From assembly GCF_006345805.1 (NCBI RefSeq), contig NC_043005.1:96844001-96908000 (forward strand): a stretch of 64,000 nucleotides of DNA, read 5' to 3'. Positions 12,547 through 27,503 of this stretch are shown in pieces. The translations under genes were made by a program, and so were the position numbers. The notes under the pieces are model-generated. The model made no database searches, was not told the DNA's origin, and worked only from the letters and a program-made list of their open reading frames with translations. Each line of letters starts with the position of its first letter. Position 1 is the stretch's first letter. The DNA is from Octopus sinensis (lineage: Eukaryota).

Positions 12547-14256
12547 AATTATGCGATTGGAAGACAAAATCTGCTGCAAGTGTAGTTTTAAATTAATGCA
12601 TCACAAACACAGATAATTCCAATAAAACAACGATTTATAGAAAATAACAGAGAATGCATCATCGGAATGGATCGAGTCTTTAGCAAAACTAATATGACGT
12701 AAAGAAGGTGATCACGTTGTCAACAAAATTAATAGAACATGTAGGAGTGGATCAGGTTTTCTTTTAACAAAACTAATACAACGGAAGTACGTAGTTTCTG
12801 GTAAGTAATTGACGGCTGATGCCTAACAACACTAATGTGAAATATTATATTAATATGAATTTTATTATCATTTAAATAACCACTCACGAATCGCATTAAT
12901 ATCTTCTTTAGAAAAAGTACCCTTCGGTGGTTAACTAACTACCAAACGTTAACTCTGCTAATTAGATGTATTGCTAGAAAGTATACAATGCCCTACTAAT
13001 ATGAATCTGCAAAAGTACTAAACATTACATAATGTTAGAATTCTTTTCTATAATTTTTCCATGGATTTATTCAGTACCAACGGGACCCATATTCAGTGCG
13101 GGGGCTGATGCGTAAATAGCTATTAAAATACCTGCACATTAATTGGATTTCTATTTACTAATGAATTACAAAGCATTTATTATTCAAATTTTAATGTGTA
13201 GTTTTGATTTAATGCGACTGAACAAAACGAATGATTATCGGTAGTAAGCGTTGTTTATTAATTATGTTCAAAACCAAATTACAACATTTATTCATTCTAT
13301 TTCCGGTTTGCTAGTCAACAATTGAATGCTTACATTTATAAAGTGCATTGTTTGTATTGCTTCTGTTAAACGACAACGCTATGGAGTCTACTTTTAATGT
13401 CGTTATTGTTGTATTATTAATTATCCTACGTAATTAGCACTAATGTAACGTATTGTTACTGTAGTTATGAACTGTTGTTGATTATTTGCCATTAATCACA
13501 CAAATATTACGCAACAACTATGTCAGAATATTTCAATGTTTGGGTGAAATTAGAAAATTTTTAAAAGTAAAAAAAAACGGGGAAAATGCTAAAAGAGCCG
13601 AAATATTTTCACCTTCTTTAATTTTTTCTTTCTATTATTCCACACTATCATTCCCTACGTATTTCGCTTATTGTGTATCCATTATTTACTTATATTTCTA
13701 CCTTTTATACTTCATTCCATTTTCTCATCTTACTTTCGCTACTTTCTTTATCTCATTCATTTTTGGCTGCATCTGCCATTCCGTTCTTCATTCTCTCCTA
13801 TTTTCCATTTATCCCTCTCTTCTTTTTTCCTTCCTCCACTTTCTTACATTTCTTAATCCCATTTTTTTTTACGATTTATTTTCTTATATATTTCTTCTAC
13901 GTTCAAAGTTTGAGGCTTATGCCTGTTTTTCTGACATATTTAACACCAAATTCATTATTCATTCTTGATTTCTTTCACTTAATCCATCTTTCTTGCCTTC
14001 CTCAAAATTCACTCATGGTTCAAAAGGTAAAAGAAAAATCAAAAGAAAAATGTAATTTTGGAAACAAAAAAAGAATTTATGATGTAATGAAAAAAAAACG
14101 GTCAGCTTAAGAGTTGCATCTCTAGCACTTCCTTGGAACTGCACATTCTTGTGGATAAATCCATGACAACATTTCTCACATCGATTCTGTCCGATTTTCT
14201 ACGGTTTATATATGAAGCTGTCCGTTTCTTTCTCTCTGTCCCACCTTCCCTCTCTT

Positions 14257-14295
<39 letters not shown>

Positions 14296-14374
14296 GTTTC
14301 GTTTATACACACATACAAGCACAATCACAATCAGCTATCGTCCTTTGGTGTGTATTTATGTATATATATATATA

Positions 14375-15415
14375 AACTTGGAGAGTGGTTACATGACTTT
14401 CTGAAAGATAGAAGACAGGCAGTAGTAGCTAATGGAGTCACCTCAATGAAAACACAAACAGTGAGCAGTGTTCCTCAGATCACTGTCTTGCGACCACTGC
14501 TTTTCATAGTGGCCCTCTGAGAGATATGCCCTCAACTGCCCGGATAGCCACTACGCAGACAATACGAAAATCTCGCAGAAAATACAGAACCCCAGCGATG
14601 TTGCATACCTGCAGCAGCAGTTGCACTCAATTTACAGAGGGGATGAGGGTAATATGCAGTTTAATGCTAAGAAATTCAAAGCCCTGCGCTACCATCGTCC
14701 AAAACTGAATATAAAACTTACAGGGTACAGTAATCCACAAGGGATTACAATCCTAGAACCTAAATTAGTGGGGGCCTTGGGTATCGACATGAGTGATGGT
14801 ACCTCTTTCCAAGTGCACATCACCAGGATGGCGACAAAGTGCAAACGACTTGCTGGATGGATCCTGAGAACGTTCAGAACCAGAGAGAAGGAACTATGAT
14901 GGTCCTCTGGAGGACATTCGTCCTCAGCCGCCTGAATTACTGCTCTCAGCTATGGTCACCCAATAGTGCAAAATTAAAAGAGGACCTTGAAGGAAACCAG
15001 CGAAGCTTCAGAAATAAGATCCTCTCATTGTAACAGCTCAGCTACTGGGAAAGGCTGAATCAGCTAAAACTCTATTCCCAGGAGCGAAGGCGGAAGAGGT
15101 GTGCAGTAATATACATCTGGAAGATCCTGGAAGGAATTGTGCCAAATTTTGGTATTGAAAGCTACACCAATGCCAGAACGGGTCGACACGGCACAGTGCC
15201 AAACATCGCACCAATACCATCGCGCTTCAGGACCAGTTGCTGCAGCAACCTGGGTTTCAGGGACCCTCAGCTCTTTAATATTCTCCCAAAGAGCCTGAGA
15301 GACCTACACAAAGTGAATGTAGATGTTTTCAAATCAAAGCTGGACCTCTTCCTGTCGAGAGACCGAGATGAACCTACCTCACGGCAAGAGGTGCAAATAA
15401 GAGTAGATACACTGT
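14375..15415 (+). mobile_element. CR1-clade LINE, RT C-terminal half to 3' end, frameshifted
   Basis: WLHDFLKDRRQAVVANGV…VPQITVLRPLLF, YADN, NMQFNAKKF, WRTFVLSRLNYCSQLWSP, LFNILPKSLR…FKSKLDLFLS across several frames. Confidence 0.85.
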
Positions 15416-15523
15416 TATTACTGAGAGCCTCCTATAATACGTGGCATTAGGTGAAGAATAGTGTTTGATGTCGCAACCCTTATTTGCACCACTTGCCGTG
15501 AGGTAGGTTCATCTCGGATATGC

Positions 15524-15798
15524 GGCTCCATTTAATTGAACAATACAATCATTGCATCAATTTAAATGCAGGGCTATCCTTTACATGCTATGACCCTAAA
15601 AACTTCATGCTGTTTTTAGAAGTGTAGTATATTCTGAGTCACATTAGTAGCAACATGGACTTTCTCCCTTTGCTTGCTCTATTAGAGAATTTGATCAAAA
15701 TTATATTAATGTATCCAACTGATTTAAAAATTCTATTTATTTATGCAGCTCTGCATTTAAATTAATGCAATGAGTGCATTGTTCAATTAAATAGAGCC
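15524..15798. repeat. Decayed inverted repeat / MITE
   Basis: ggctccatttaattgaacaatacaatcattgcatcaatttaaatgcagggct is matched in reverse by agctctgcatttaaattaatgcaatgagtgcattgttcaattaaatagagcc. Confidence 0.65.
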
Positions 15799-15937
15799 TC
15801 CTGAAACGGTCGTACTACATCACCTCTTGATATCCTGATGCATATTTTGATTTTATTCACCTTACTTTGAGTAGTACCGATAATACCGTACTGACTTGGT
15901 GCTTCAACTTAAGTACCTAATTCAACTGAATCTCAAT

Positions 15938-16017
<80 letters not shown>

Positions 16018-16054
16018 TATACATATATATATATACATATATATATACATATAC

Positions 16055-16129
<75 letters not shown>

Positions 16130-16570
16130 AATACATACACATACATACACTCATATGTACACTACACATATAGACACACAAATCTGCACAGGGAGGATTA
16201 GATGTGTACATGTATTCGGTGATGAGATGCATACTTGCTCTACTGAGTTTTCTTACTAAAAGTACTCAACAAATATTCATATACTTATTATGAATTACTT
16301 GGAAGAGCGACATAAATCTATAGAGTGACATAATGGACGGAAGGAACTGATCGCTGGTACCAGATATAAAGGAAATACGCATGACGTTGTATCGCAGCAC
16401 AGGTCTTCCGCTACAGGTTGTGGTCAAAATTGCCTCGCTGCTCAAGCACTGTTTCATAAACACTCACACATACATATTTAAATATATGTATATCTAGACT
16501 GATATATATACGCATAAATATATGTATGTATATACGCACACACACACACATATATATGAATGAAATGTGA

Positions 16571-16607
<37 letters not shown>

Positions 16608-16649
16608 TGTGTGTATGTTTTCTATATGCGTATACATACATCATCATTA

Positions 16650-16780
16650 TCATTGTTCGACCGTGGTCTAGACAATGGAATTCACTATGCCTACGCAGAC
16701 TTATTAAAGAATCAAAAGCATTTAATCGCGATCTTGCAATGGTGTTTGTAGACTTTTCTAAAGCGTTCGACTCGGCAGGT
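16650..16780 (+). mobile_element. RTE-type reverse transcriptase fragment
   Basis: LRRLIKESKAFNRDLAMVFVDFSKAFDS motif between microsatellites. Confidence 0.65.
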
Positions 16781-16806
16781 AGGTACAAGATGTATACATA
16801 CATTGT

Positions 16807-16856
<50 letters not shown>

Positions 16857-18013
16857 ACGGAAAGGAGAGAGATAGAAAGAGAAACAAACAAGCACCTGTG
16901 TTTGAAGTAAGGCGCTTCTATTATTTGTTATCTAATCTCGTCTCACAGTATATAAATATATACGAATTATTATCCAAAGGAACCGATCATTATGTATTGT
17001 TACCCATCGTTCTACCATACATACGCCCGTGAGAATGACTTATAGAATCACATAAGCGAATTGCAGACAGAATATCAAATATAATATCAAATATAATGTG
17101 ACAGTGCATCTCTGGTGTATTTATATTAGTGTTGACGGATGCTGTGATTTGACTGAGTTCCACAACACTGACTTTGAGGACACATTGCCAAGACAAAAAA
17201 AAATATATCTAATAATCGCGTTTTTTTCTCCCATATTTGACCCTGGTGTCATAAATGTCTCATGCATCCCGTGACTCGTATGAAAGTAGCAACTATGTCA
17301 TCTGTCGCGTTGCACTACCACCGTACAAAGTGCATTACTGATGTTTCTCTTAGATGAGTTACAAATAAAATATAAATATTGAGGTTTACGAATCAAAATT
17401 TGGGTTACTGTTTTTCTTTTTAATTTTGGCAGAAGCTTCTTTTACTTATATCTTAAAACTACGTATTTCTATATCTTTTGCAACAAACACTTAGTGTTTT
17501 TAAGCACATCAAAAGAAAAATAAATTGAGTAATATCAAACTCAAATCAGCAATGAATCTCTTTTATGCATTTTGTTTTGATGTTGTTTGTTTAAAAATAT
17601 ATTAGCATCGTGTCAATTAGATTTATGAAACAGTAATGATATACGTTAAACTTAGCCATTAAAAAATGATCCTAAAAAAATGGACAATATGTCTAACCCT
17701 AAGACTGACTTTTACTCAATAGGTGTGCATTAATTTAACAGTCCATAACCAGGTTCTGAATATATGACCATACCAGAAGAAAACGAAGAAACATCAGACA
17801 AACTCCAGTCACAAAATTTCAAGCAAGTTATACTCATACAACACACCAAGTTTCAAACATCACGATATGATTTAGGGAGATGTCCCCGCCCATAACTGGT
17901 CCAGCGAACAGCTTCTACTAAAGTACAGTTACATATAGATACACATATGAGTGTGGTCATATGTGCAATGATTCATTAGAATATTAGATGTGTCCATTTA
18001 CAGACACATCTAT

Positions 18014-18073
<60 letters not shown>

Positions 18074-18274
18074 CATATATCTATATACATATATACATAT
18101 ATATATACACATATATACATATATATATACATATGTATATATATATAGATACAATCATCTACAAACACGTATATATATATATATGATTGTATATATTTAT
18201 GTATATATATATATATATATATATATGCATATAAACACACATAGAATATATATATATTCTAACATATATGTACG

Positions 18275-18345
<71 letters not shown>

Positions 18346-18767
18346 TGTGTGTGTGTATGTATGTGTGTGCATGTATATATGTATGTTCATATGCATGCAT
18401 GTATTTATAAATGCATAAATACTTTTGTGTGATGCGCTAATGTTTCCATACTGCTGTGAGCACGTCCATAAATTTTTACTGCTTGAAATTTGGTTTCACT
18501 TCTCCCCATTTCCCCGTATTGTGAACATTAAAGCTCTCTTTATAAGTAAATTGTATGATGTATTGTTTCAAACCTCTTTTTTATTTTTCAAAACAATATC
18601 CAATCAATTGACAAAAATATTGAAAATATTTTATATATTACTATTACATGTTATATTTACATATATATATATATCTGTATGTTCGTTATATAATATTGTT
18701 ATACTACTCATGTGATTGTTATCTATATTGTTATTTTTAATCCGCTTTTTTAACGGATGTAATATAT

Positions 18768-18828
<61 letters not shown>

Positions 18829-19057
18829 CGTTTTTTTTTTTTTTCAATGCATCATTCACGTTCATACATACTCGGACACATATATAGGAACACTCACAGA
18901 AACACAGGCACCCAACTATTAACATATGCTTGCACTCATATATTCATATGCAGATATATACACAGATACATATACATATATACATATTTGTGCATATACA
19001 TATACACATATATATGTTTATTTACATATATACACATGTGTATATGCATATATATAT

Positions 19058-19099
<42 letters not shown>

Positions 19100-19127
19100 C
19101 ATATTCATACATATATATTCGTATGTG

Positions 19128-19164
<37 letters not shown>

Positions 19165-19679
19165 TACATGTATGTTTAAAATGAAGAGTATTGTGATGGC
19201 AGCATGTGTTGACTATATGGAATCTAAGATGTGGAACTGATATGTGTGTGTGCGTGCGTGTGTGTATGTGTGTGCGTGCGTGTGTGTGTATATATGTGTG
19301 TGTGTGTGTAGATATATATGGTTATACATCTATGTTTGCATTTACTTATGCACGCAAACATACAAGAACAACACAAATAATAACGATAACAGTCAAATTT
19401 TTATGGCGTTAGTCCACCACAAGGTGGTGTCCCAGCATGGCCGCAATCCAATGACTGAGACAAGTAAAAGATAATAAAAATTACTTACCTAATGATCACA
19501 CACAAAAGTAATAAACATGCATAAGACAGCTTCAACACACCTTTATACATATGAGGCACGGAGAGATGAGTTTTGTGATAAAAAAATAACTCAACACATT
19601 TTGGTAATACTTAAATTATGACATTGAGAAATTGACGATCCTTTGAGATATACGAGCCCACACAGACAGGAAGACTAAA

Positions 19680-19915
19680 GCGAATCGATTAGATGTTGTT
19701 TCCGAGATCTATCAGGAATGGAAGTGTCTCTGACAAAAGCATTAGTCCGAACAGACTAAGAAGAAATGGAGAAACTATCCTTCTATAAAGATTTTGAAGT
19801 AAAGATAAGAAGTAAATCGAGATTGAAGACCGAAAAACTCTTATAATAACAGGTGCCTTGAGAAAATTTTTAAAAGGACATGCAGACAAATAGAAGAATC
19901 CTCCGGGATTTATGC
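19680..19915 (+). mobile_element. Decayed 3' (REL endonuclease) fragment of an R4/Dong-like LINE
   Basis: …KTLIITGALRKFLKGHADK..PG resembles the VIGALG…IPG C-terminus of the elements at 43.5-58.3 kb. Confidence 0.4.
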
Positions 19916-20752
19916 ATACATACAAGCAATAGTATCACCAGGTACTGAATACATGATTCATGTCCATTAAATACGATGGTAAATACAGGAACGAAAGCGT
20001 AGCAGATAACACACGCACACACACACATACATACACACACGCACATACGTTCACATACACACGTACGCACACACACACACACACACACATATTAGAGCTC
20101 GGGTGTGCACACGCACACACGCACACAATTGTTCATCCTATACACTCAACTGGATGCAAGCACATGTTCCCAATTAAATATAATTTTTTTTTAATGCAAA
20201 TACTCAGTTTCATTTTGCAAGTTTACATGTTCAAACATAACCATATGACTGTCCGAAAATACAAACATTTTACATTATTCGAAATAAATACTTTCATACA
20301 CGTATACACTTACAAATATAGGATAAGAAGCAGCATCACGCACAAACACACTTTCAGATACACACACACACACACACAAACGCACTTTCACACACACATA
20401 CACAAACACACACACTCATTGGAATTAAAAAGAAGTATACTTAATCCAATGAGACAAGCGCCATTATTTTGTGAAACTTCGGAATTTCTTTTATACACAC
20501 GCATACATACATACTTACATACTTACATACATACGTGCTTACATACATGCATGAATGCATACATATATACATAAATGTATGCATGCATACATATGCACAT
20601 AAACATATATATGTCTGTACATACATACATGTATCTACATGTGCATATCATACACTCATACATATATGCGCATATATTATTACATTGATACATATTTACA
20701 TGCATACATACCTATCGTATTTTGTATCTCAGCCTTGATCCAATAAAAAATG

Positions 20753-20806
<54 letters not shown>

Positions 20807-20890
20807 CTTTAAAATAAAAAATTAAATTAAAAAACCCAGCAGTTTGTTTTGTATTTTATTATACGCTTGTTATTGTCATTTCGGTTTACG

Positions 20891-20975
<85 letters not shown>

Positions 20976-20976
<1 letters not shown>

Positions 20977-21106
20977 AAATAATATGTGACAATTATTCAA
21001 TAGCCAAGATAAAACTCTGAGTTTCGGATGCCGGGGTGGAAATCCACAACACCATCGAAACTCAGAGTTTTATCTTGGCTATTGAATAATTGTCACATAT
21101 TATTTT
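20976..21106. mobile_element. Small fold-back MITE with perfect 51-bp arms
   Basis: aaaataatatgtgacaattattcaatagccaagataaaactctgagtttcg (20976-21026) is the exact reverse complement of 21056-21106; 29-nt spacer; abuts a (TA)n tract. Confidence 0.85.
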
Positions 21107-21208
21107 ACAGATAAATTTCCTCTATTTACATAATATTGAGGTCTCTTTCTTTCTTTTGTCATCTTACCGTTTTTACCAATACACACACACACACACACAC
21201 ATACACAA

Positions 21209-21279
<71 letters not shown>

Positions 21280-21419
21280 GTTTATATTTTGTTCTCTACC
21301 AATGTTGGGCTCTGTGGTGCGCCTATGATAAAAATACTTCTCGATTGATCAATCCTTTAAACTCTAAAAACAGGCATCATCACCATCACGATCATCACCG
21401 TCATCGTCAGTGAGTCGAG

Positions 21420-21950
21420 CGTGCTCGAATTTGCAGGAGCTTATTTCATTTGACTCATCTCTATCTTGAATGTTATGCGTTTGTTTCTCCTCCTCACATC
21501 CAGTGGCATCGGTTAAGCGACTGAACAGTGTTTTCACCTTATGCGGTCAATGAAATTTCGGTCATGATGGGGTATCCAAAGTAGGGTTTCATTGACCAGA
21601 TCCTCTTTACTTCCCTAGCAGCGTCTTGCCAAGCAAACTGTTCTTTCTTCTAACAACCTGAGATTTAGGATACATATTAAGAATTCTTTAATTGGTAGTT
21701 TGTACTTTCGAGCAGGAACTGAAAATATCGCGTAGAACGTACGATTAGGTGCCATCCAGTCAAATTAAATGTATTCTGCTTACTATTTCGCTGTTGCAAA
21801 CAGAAGAAACACTGCATTAAGGAATTGACTGTTGTTTATGTTCTATGGGGAAGTTCAAATCTAACCATGGTTAAAAGTAAAGATGGAGTAGGAGATCCTG
21901 TAGAACTTCGAAAATACGAAGACGGCGGTGTCTCCAAAGACTGTTTAGAT
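21420..21950 (-). mobile_element. Decayed RTE LINE 3' region
   Basis: Minus strand gives …SKEDLVNETLLWIPHH…, resembling the RTE C-terminal LLWxP-GR region. Confidence 0.4.
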
Positions 21951-22589
21951 CAAAGGTTTCACCTGCAAATCGCCATAAAAATTGTATTAAGTATGTTGAA
22001 AGCGTTAGATTAGACTTTTCACTTTGACCCTTGGTCAGCTCTGACTGGAAATGAGTTTTAATCACAAGAATTTTAACCATGGCAATCTCACCGTTTTTCT
22101 CATATGCAGGGGTAACAAGATCACCATAATCATCGTCGATGTCATCGTCATCGTCGTCATCATCATTTACAAGATCATGTACATCATGATGACCATCGCT
22201 GTCTTGTGATGGTGATCTTGTTACCCCTGCATATGTATGGTTAAGAAGCGCACATTGAAGCCACGTGGTTTTGGGTTCATTCCCACTGTGCGCACCTGAA
22301 GGAAAGTGTATGCGAAAAACTATATGTGTGTGTGTGTGTGTATGTATGTGTGTGTGCGTATGTGCGTGTATGTATACATATATCAAAGTGTGTGTGTTTT
22401 TTTGTGTATGCCCGTATAGTAATGTAAGAATTGTAAAATATAAACCGATATATTATTTTAGATAATATACAACTAAGTTAAGTAAAAAGTAGATATATGT
22501 GCATAATGTAGAATGAGTGAAGAAGAAGGCAAAGAGTAGTGAGTGGAGGGGAAAAGTAGCTAGCTCTATAGGGGTATGGGGAGGAAAGG

Positions 22590-22860
22590 AAGTGCCGCTA
22601 TCAAACACACATGAATTCTCTCTCGAATCGAACTCCTAAATTGTCTACCTCTTTAGCAACTTGTATGTACAATTTACGCTCCCAAAACATTCCCTATACC
22701 CTATCGAGGTCCATTGTCAGTGAGGATCCATCGTCCAAGACTAACCTCGAAGTTTGTAATCTGTGTTTAAGGGAATCGATGACTATCCTTTGAAACCATA
22801 ACTTCTCATCATTTAACACATTCTCAGATGTGACCCTCTCATATAAGCACAGATTATATT
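22590..22860 (+). mobile_element. Penelope-like element GIY-YIG endonuclease C-terminal fragment
   Basis: STSLATCMYNLRSQNIPYTLSRSIV…VCNLCLRES matches the PLE …ELSKxIWxLK…CNLCLxE motif. Confidence 0.65.
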
Positions 22861-23189
22861 CACCATTTGCCCATTATGTTAAATCTATGTAATTCCCTAA
22901 TTACATGTAAGTTACAACTTAGTTGCACTTTCACTTATATCAGCCCCTCTATAAAATTTCTTTTCAAGATTACTTTGACACATTTCTCTAACCCAGCACA
23001 TCACCTCTTATAGCGAGCCCACCCTCATACACGGAAAAACTCTCCCCATCTTTTCCAAGCTTCTTCTTCTTCTTCTTCAACCAAAAACCCTTAGCACTAC
23101 CTATCCCTGCCTTCGCAACCAACCAATCCTTTCCTCTCTCCTTTGTTGTCCTGCTCCCTCTATGTACTCATATAAATTTCTGCATACCT

Positions 23190-23330
23190 CCAGGCAGAAT
23201 CGTTACCGCAAAATCCTTAGCGGCAATCCGTCCGTCTTGACTTTCTGATTTCAAATTCTACCAAGGTTGACTTTGTCTTTCATTCTTCCGGAGTCGATAA
23301 AATACTACCAGTTGAACACTGCCAGGCCGC
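23190..23330 (+). mobile_element. Octopus-type tRNA-SINE (OK-like) copy
   Basis: gcagaatcgtta…tttcaaattctaccaaggttgactttgtctttcattcttccggagtcgataaaat matches the family seen at 26330 and 30455. Confidence 0.65.
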
Positions 23331-24049
23331 CGCTTTTCATATTTATATATTAACAGAGCAAAATGTAATCGATCTGTTCCTTCCCCTGAAATTACTGGCC
23401 TAATGCGCCAAAATTTGAAATCAATATAGATCTAAATATTTATTCTTGAATATTCAGCGACTGAAAATTTTCAGTCTTTGCTTCCTCTCCGTTTTCCGGT
23501 AAACATTTGTGGATATTTTGTGTATCTAACCCAAGCAGTTTTATCTGTTTATTTTTTCATTATTATCTCCATATCTGGATTCCTTCTTTTACCACTCTTT
23601 ACCCCGCGGACTTAGCCCTCGATTAAGATTTCGGAGTGTAAGTTCAAATTATTTGAGTGCTACTTATGTATATGTGTGTATACATGTGTATATATGCAGC
23701 AGGAATATTTGTACAACGTCTTTAAAAAACTCTTTTCTTTTTATTGGGGGCATCCAAGCCTCTCAACGTAAGAGCTGTTGTGCAATAAATACTGGTTAGT
23801 TTTCTTCGAAATTTGTATTTATCTTACAGTGACGCTTAAAAGAAGTCAGAACGATATTTTCTACATCCTAAAGTGTGCGTTAAGACCAGTACACACTACT
23901 TAAGAATTATGCAGACAAGAAATCTTGGAAGAATTAACTCATGAAATAATGCAGCTTTCTATGAAGATAGAAGAGGAACAAGTTTTGGAAATAATACTGA
24001 CAAGGAAATAAAATATATCGTAGCTGTGACATCATCTCTATTGAGAGTT

Positions 24050-24830
24050 GCATATCAAAGATTCCAATTCAATCACTTCGAAAAATTTATCAAATGCGCT
24101 AACACTTATTAGTTATTTGAAACCGGTGAGAATTTTAGTTAATCTACCTGAGATAACCACTGAAACAATTGATGAATCGGTGTCAAAGAAACCGAAAAGT
24201 GCCAGAGTTTGTGGAAAAGCTGATGAAATTCATCGACCTTTTCTTACAAATTATGTATTCTATCAGCACTGAAGACCACCAAGCGGAGAACTGGAGAGCA
24301 CCTATAGCAACAGCGATTCCAACAGAAAAATACGGCAGTTTTCTAGTCAATCAAATATGATTATCACTCAGGCATTCTAGTTAAAATCTCGGTAATGGGG
24401 TATAGCTTATCAGACTACGAACAAAAATGGGGGAACAAATTTTCAACTCGCTGTCCTGCTTTAAGCCACATAAATATACTTTCAGTTAAATAAACCATTC
24501 AACAAATAGTGTCATTAATAATTAATGGTACTGACGCCCGCTGCTTCTTAACTGTACTGCTTTTGGGGGAAATATTCTAATTCTAAAACATTTTACTGTG
24601 TTAACAAAGCAGTAATACAAGATATCTTAACTGTATAAAATAGTAAAGATGTTAATTCAATAATTCTGCTATGTAAACAAATGTACACCAATACCAAAGT
24701 TTATGTTCGTGCTCCTTCTAGCAGTCATAATGTATCTGAGATACTTGCAGGCATACATCAAGGCGGAACCCTTGCACCTTAGCTTTTCCTAATTGTGAAT
24801 TACCTAATGCGTATATCCGTTCAAGAAAAA
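24050..24830 (+). mobile_element. Heavily decayed RTE-type reverse transcriptase fragment
   Basis: TKVYVRAPSS…EILAGIHQGGTLAP*LFLIV resembles the RTE RT QG-motif region. Confidence 0.45.
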
Positions 24831-24849
24831 TATTAGTATACTGTCAGAG

Positions 24850-26000
24850 GTAAGCTATCCAAAGGTAAGCATTCTAATATAGTCTTTAGAGATATGATCC
24901 CATTTGTTCGGACCTTTTCTCAGCAGCACCACCACGCCATGTCTCACAGCACTGGGTATTCTCTCGTTCTGCTTCCAGTTGTGGTAAACATCCACCAAGA
25001 GGTAACCGAACAAGCCTGCATATGAAGATCGAGGCAATCTCACCGCCATCACGTCAGTCACAATGCCACTCCAAAGTGCTTCATCTAGCTTCGTAATAAG
25101 CTCTTCATTTATCCTAGTTTCTTCTAAGGCTATTTCCTTAGTAAATCCTACTGCCTATACTCTAATAGCCGTTTTCAGGGCTATCCACCGACGGTTGTTG
25201 ACGATTGCACCCGCCAACGTTTGATGGACTAGCTTGCTAACCTGGCTTCTGAATGCTTGGCGCGCCGGGAAAGACACGTTCAGCTTCCACTACCCGAGGA
25301 TCTGCCTATGAATCTTCATCTATGTCGACTGTGCAGATCAAAAATTTATGGGCTGAGTAGCCGATGAGTGTGAGCTGATACTTGTATGTACTCACCTACT
25401 GAATATCTTATTACAATACGATCTGGAAAACCCGGTACTGTTTGCCCATGTCCACATTGGCGCATTTGGGAAGTAGGAGCAGTACCTGCCAGCTAATTGG
25501 AAGCGACTGAGCGGGTTTGTGAGGTTTTTCACCTCCTCTCCTATCGGCTAGCCCCACCCTATTCAGGTGTGCATCCAAAATCCAGAACTAAAGAGCGAGA
25601 TGTCCCAAGGAAACCTCAAAAGGTCTAAAGAAATCTGATTGCCCCGCCCCAGTTGTGGCGAACACAACGACTAGTCTAAAAGCACCACCTTTGCAGTTGT
25701 TCACATCGAGGACCACCAGCTTACCTTCCGGTTCCAAGAAGATCGTCCGTACTTCAAGATTCGAGTTTTTCTTAAACAGTACTGCCACCCCGCCCCCAGT
25801 TCTAGACCGACTAAGAGATGCGTAGATCTCAAAATCGTCGGAAACGGGCGCCAGATCACGTAAGTCGGAAATCTTGGTTTCGCTGATGGCTGTCACGTCT
25901 ATAGATAGTGATATGAGACCCTTCAGCAGGCGATCCTGCTTCCAGGGTGACTCCAGGCCATGAACATTTATACTACCTACTCTTAAACAACCCATGATTA
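24850..26000 (-). mobile_element. Tx1/L1-clade LINE ORF2 fragments (AP endonuclease and start of RT)
   Basis: MGCLRVGSINVHGL…IDVTAISETK…GGGVAVLF…EGKLVVLDV (25588-25995) and LLVDVYHNW…IPSAVRHGVVVLLRKGPNK (24855-25061). Confidence 0.8.
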
Positions 26001-26329
26001 CGGAACAGAATTTAGAGAAAACTGCACAGTTTTCTTTATTGTTTCTGTCAACACCTCAAGTGGGATGGCAACACTGGCTTGCGCCTTTTCCAGTCTTATC
26101 AATTTAGTTACCTCAGCTGGACACACGTCTTTCTGAAGTAGATCCATTAAAAGAAAATCCCTTGCTTCTCGTCGCTGTCGCAGCGAATGTATTCTGGTTG
26201 ATATTGTTATCATTTACCACGATGTTATTTGTTGTAGTGGTGGCGGAGCTGGTTGTGGTCGAGAAATTGTCACAATGTGCTGCCTTTTAATTATTCGTTG
26301 TAGTGGTGGTAATGACGGAGTCGTCTTAT

Positions 26330-26562
26330 TTCTTTATTGCCCACAAGGGGCTAAACATAGAGGGGACAAACAAGGACAGACAAAGGGGTTAAGTCGATTA
26401 CATCGATCCCAGTGTGTAACTGGTACTTAATTTATCGACCCCGAAAGGATGAAAGGCAAAGTCGACCTCGGCGGAATTTTGAACTCAGAACGTAACGGCA
26501 GACGAAATTCGGCTACGCATTTCGTCCGGCGTGCTAACGTTTCTGCCAGCTCGCCACCTTAA
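26330..26562 (-). mobile_element. Octopus-type tRNA-SINE (OK-like), near full length
   Basis: Minus strand starts aaggtggcgagcTGGCAGAAACGttagc (A-box)…GTTCAAAATtccgccgaggtcgactttgcctttcatcctttcggggtcgataaattaagtaccag (B-box and conserved core). Confidence 0.85.
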
Positions 26563-26982
26563 GTGACGGAGTCGTCTGTGATCTATTGAATTGGAGAGAA
26601 ATTAGCTTCATAGTTTGTCAACAGCTGAAGCTGTTGGTATAATTCTTTCACGTCTCCCCTTCTATTTGTGGGTAGTATGCGGAAGGAAGAACGGCGTCTT
26701 CCATCTCTCTATCTGAAACACCTCTCACCACCTCCTCTTCTGTGTTCTTCAACAAGGCTGGTTTCGCCTTTCTAGACTAATTTTTGAAACAATTATTTTG
26801 AGATATCAGAACCTAAGGTGGCAAGAACAACACAAAGCAACCCACATATGCAAAGGTGGTGCTTTGCGTAAACGTTTAGTAACAAAATAAGCAATTAATA
26901 ACTTTTGGAAACAGAATTTTGAAGCAAAGCTTACCAGCAGCCAAACATGTGCATTCTGTCAGAACGAATAATAATAATAATG

Positions 26983-27503
<521 letters not shown>

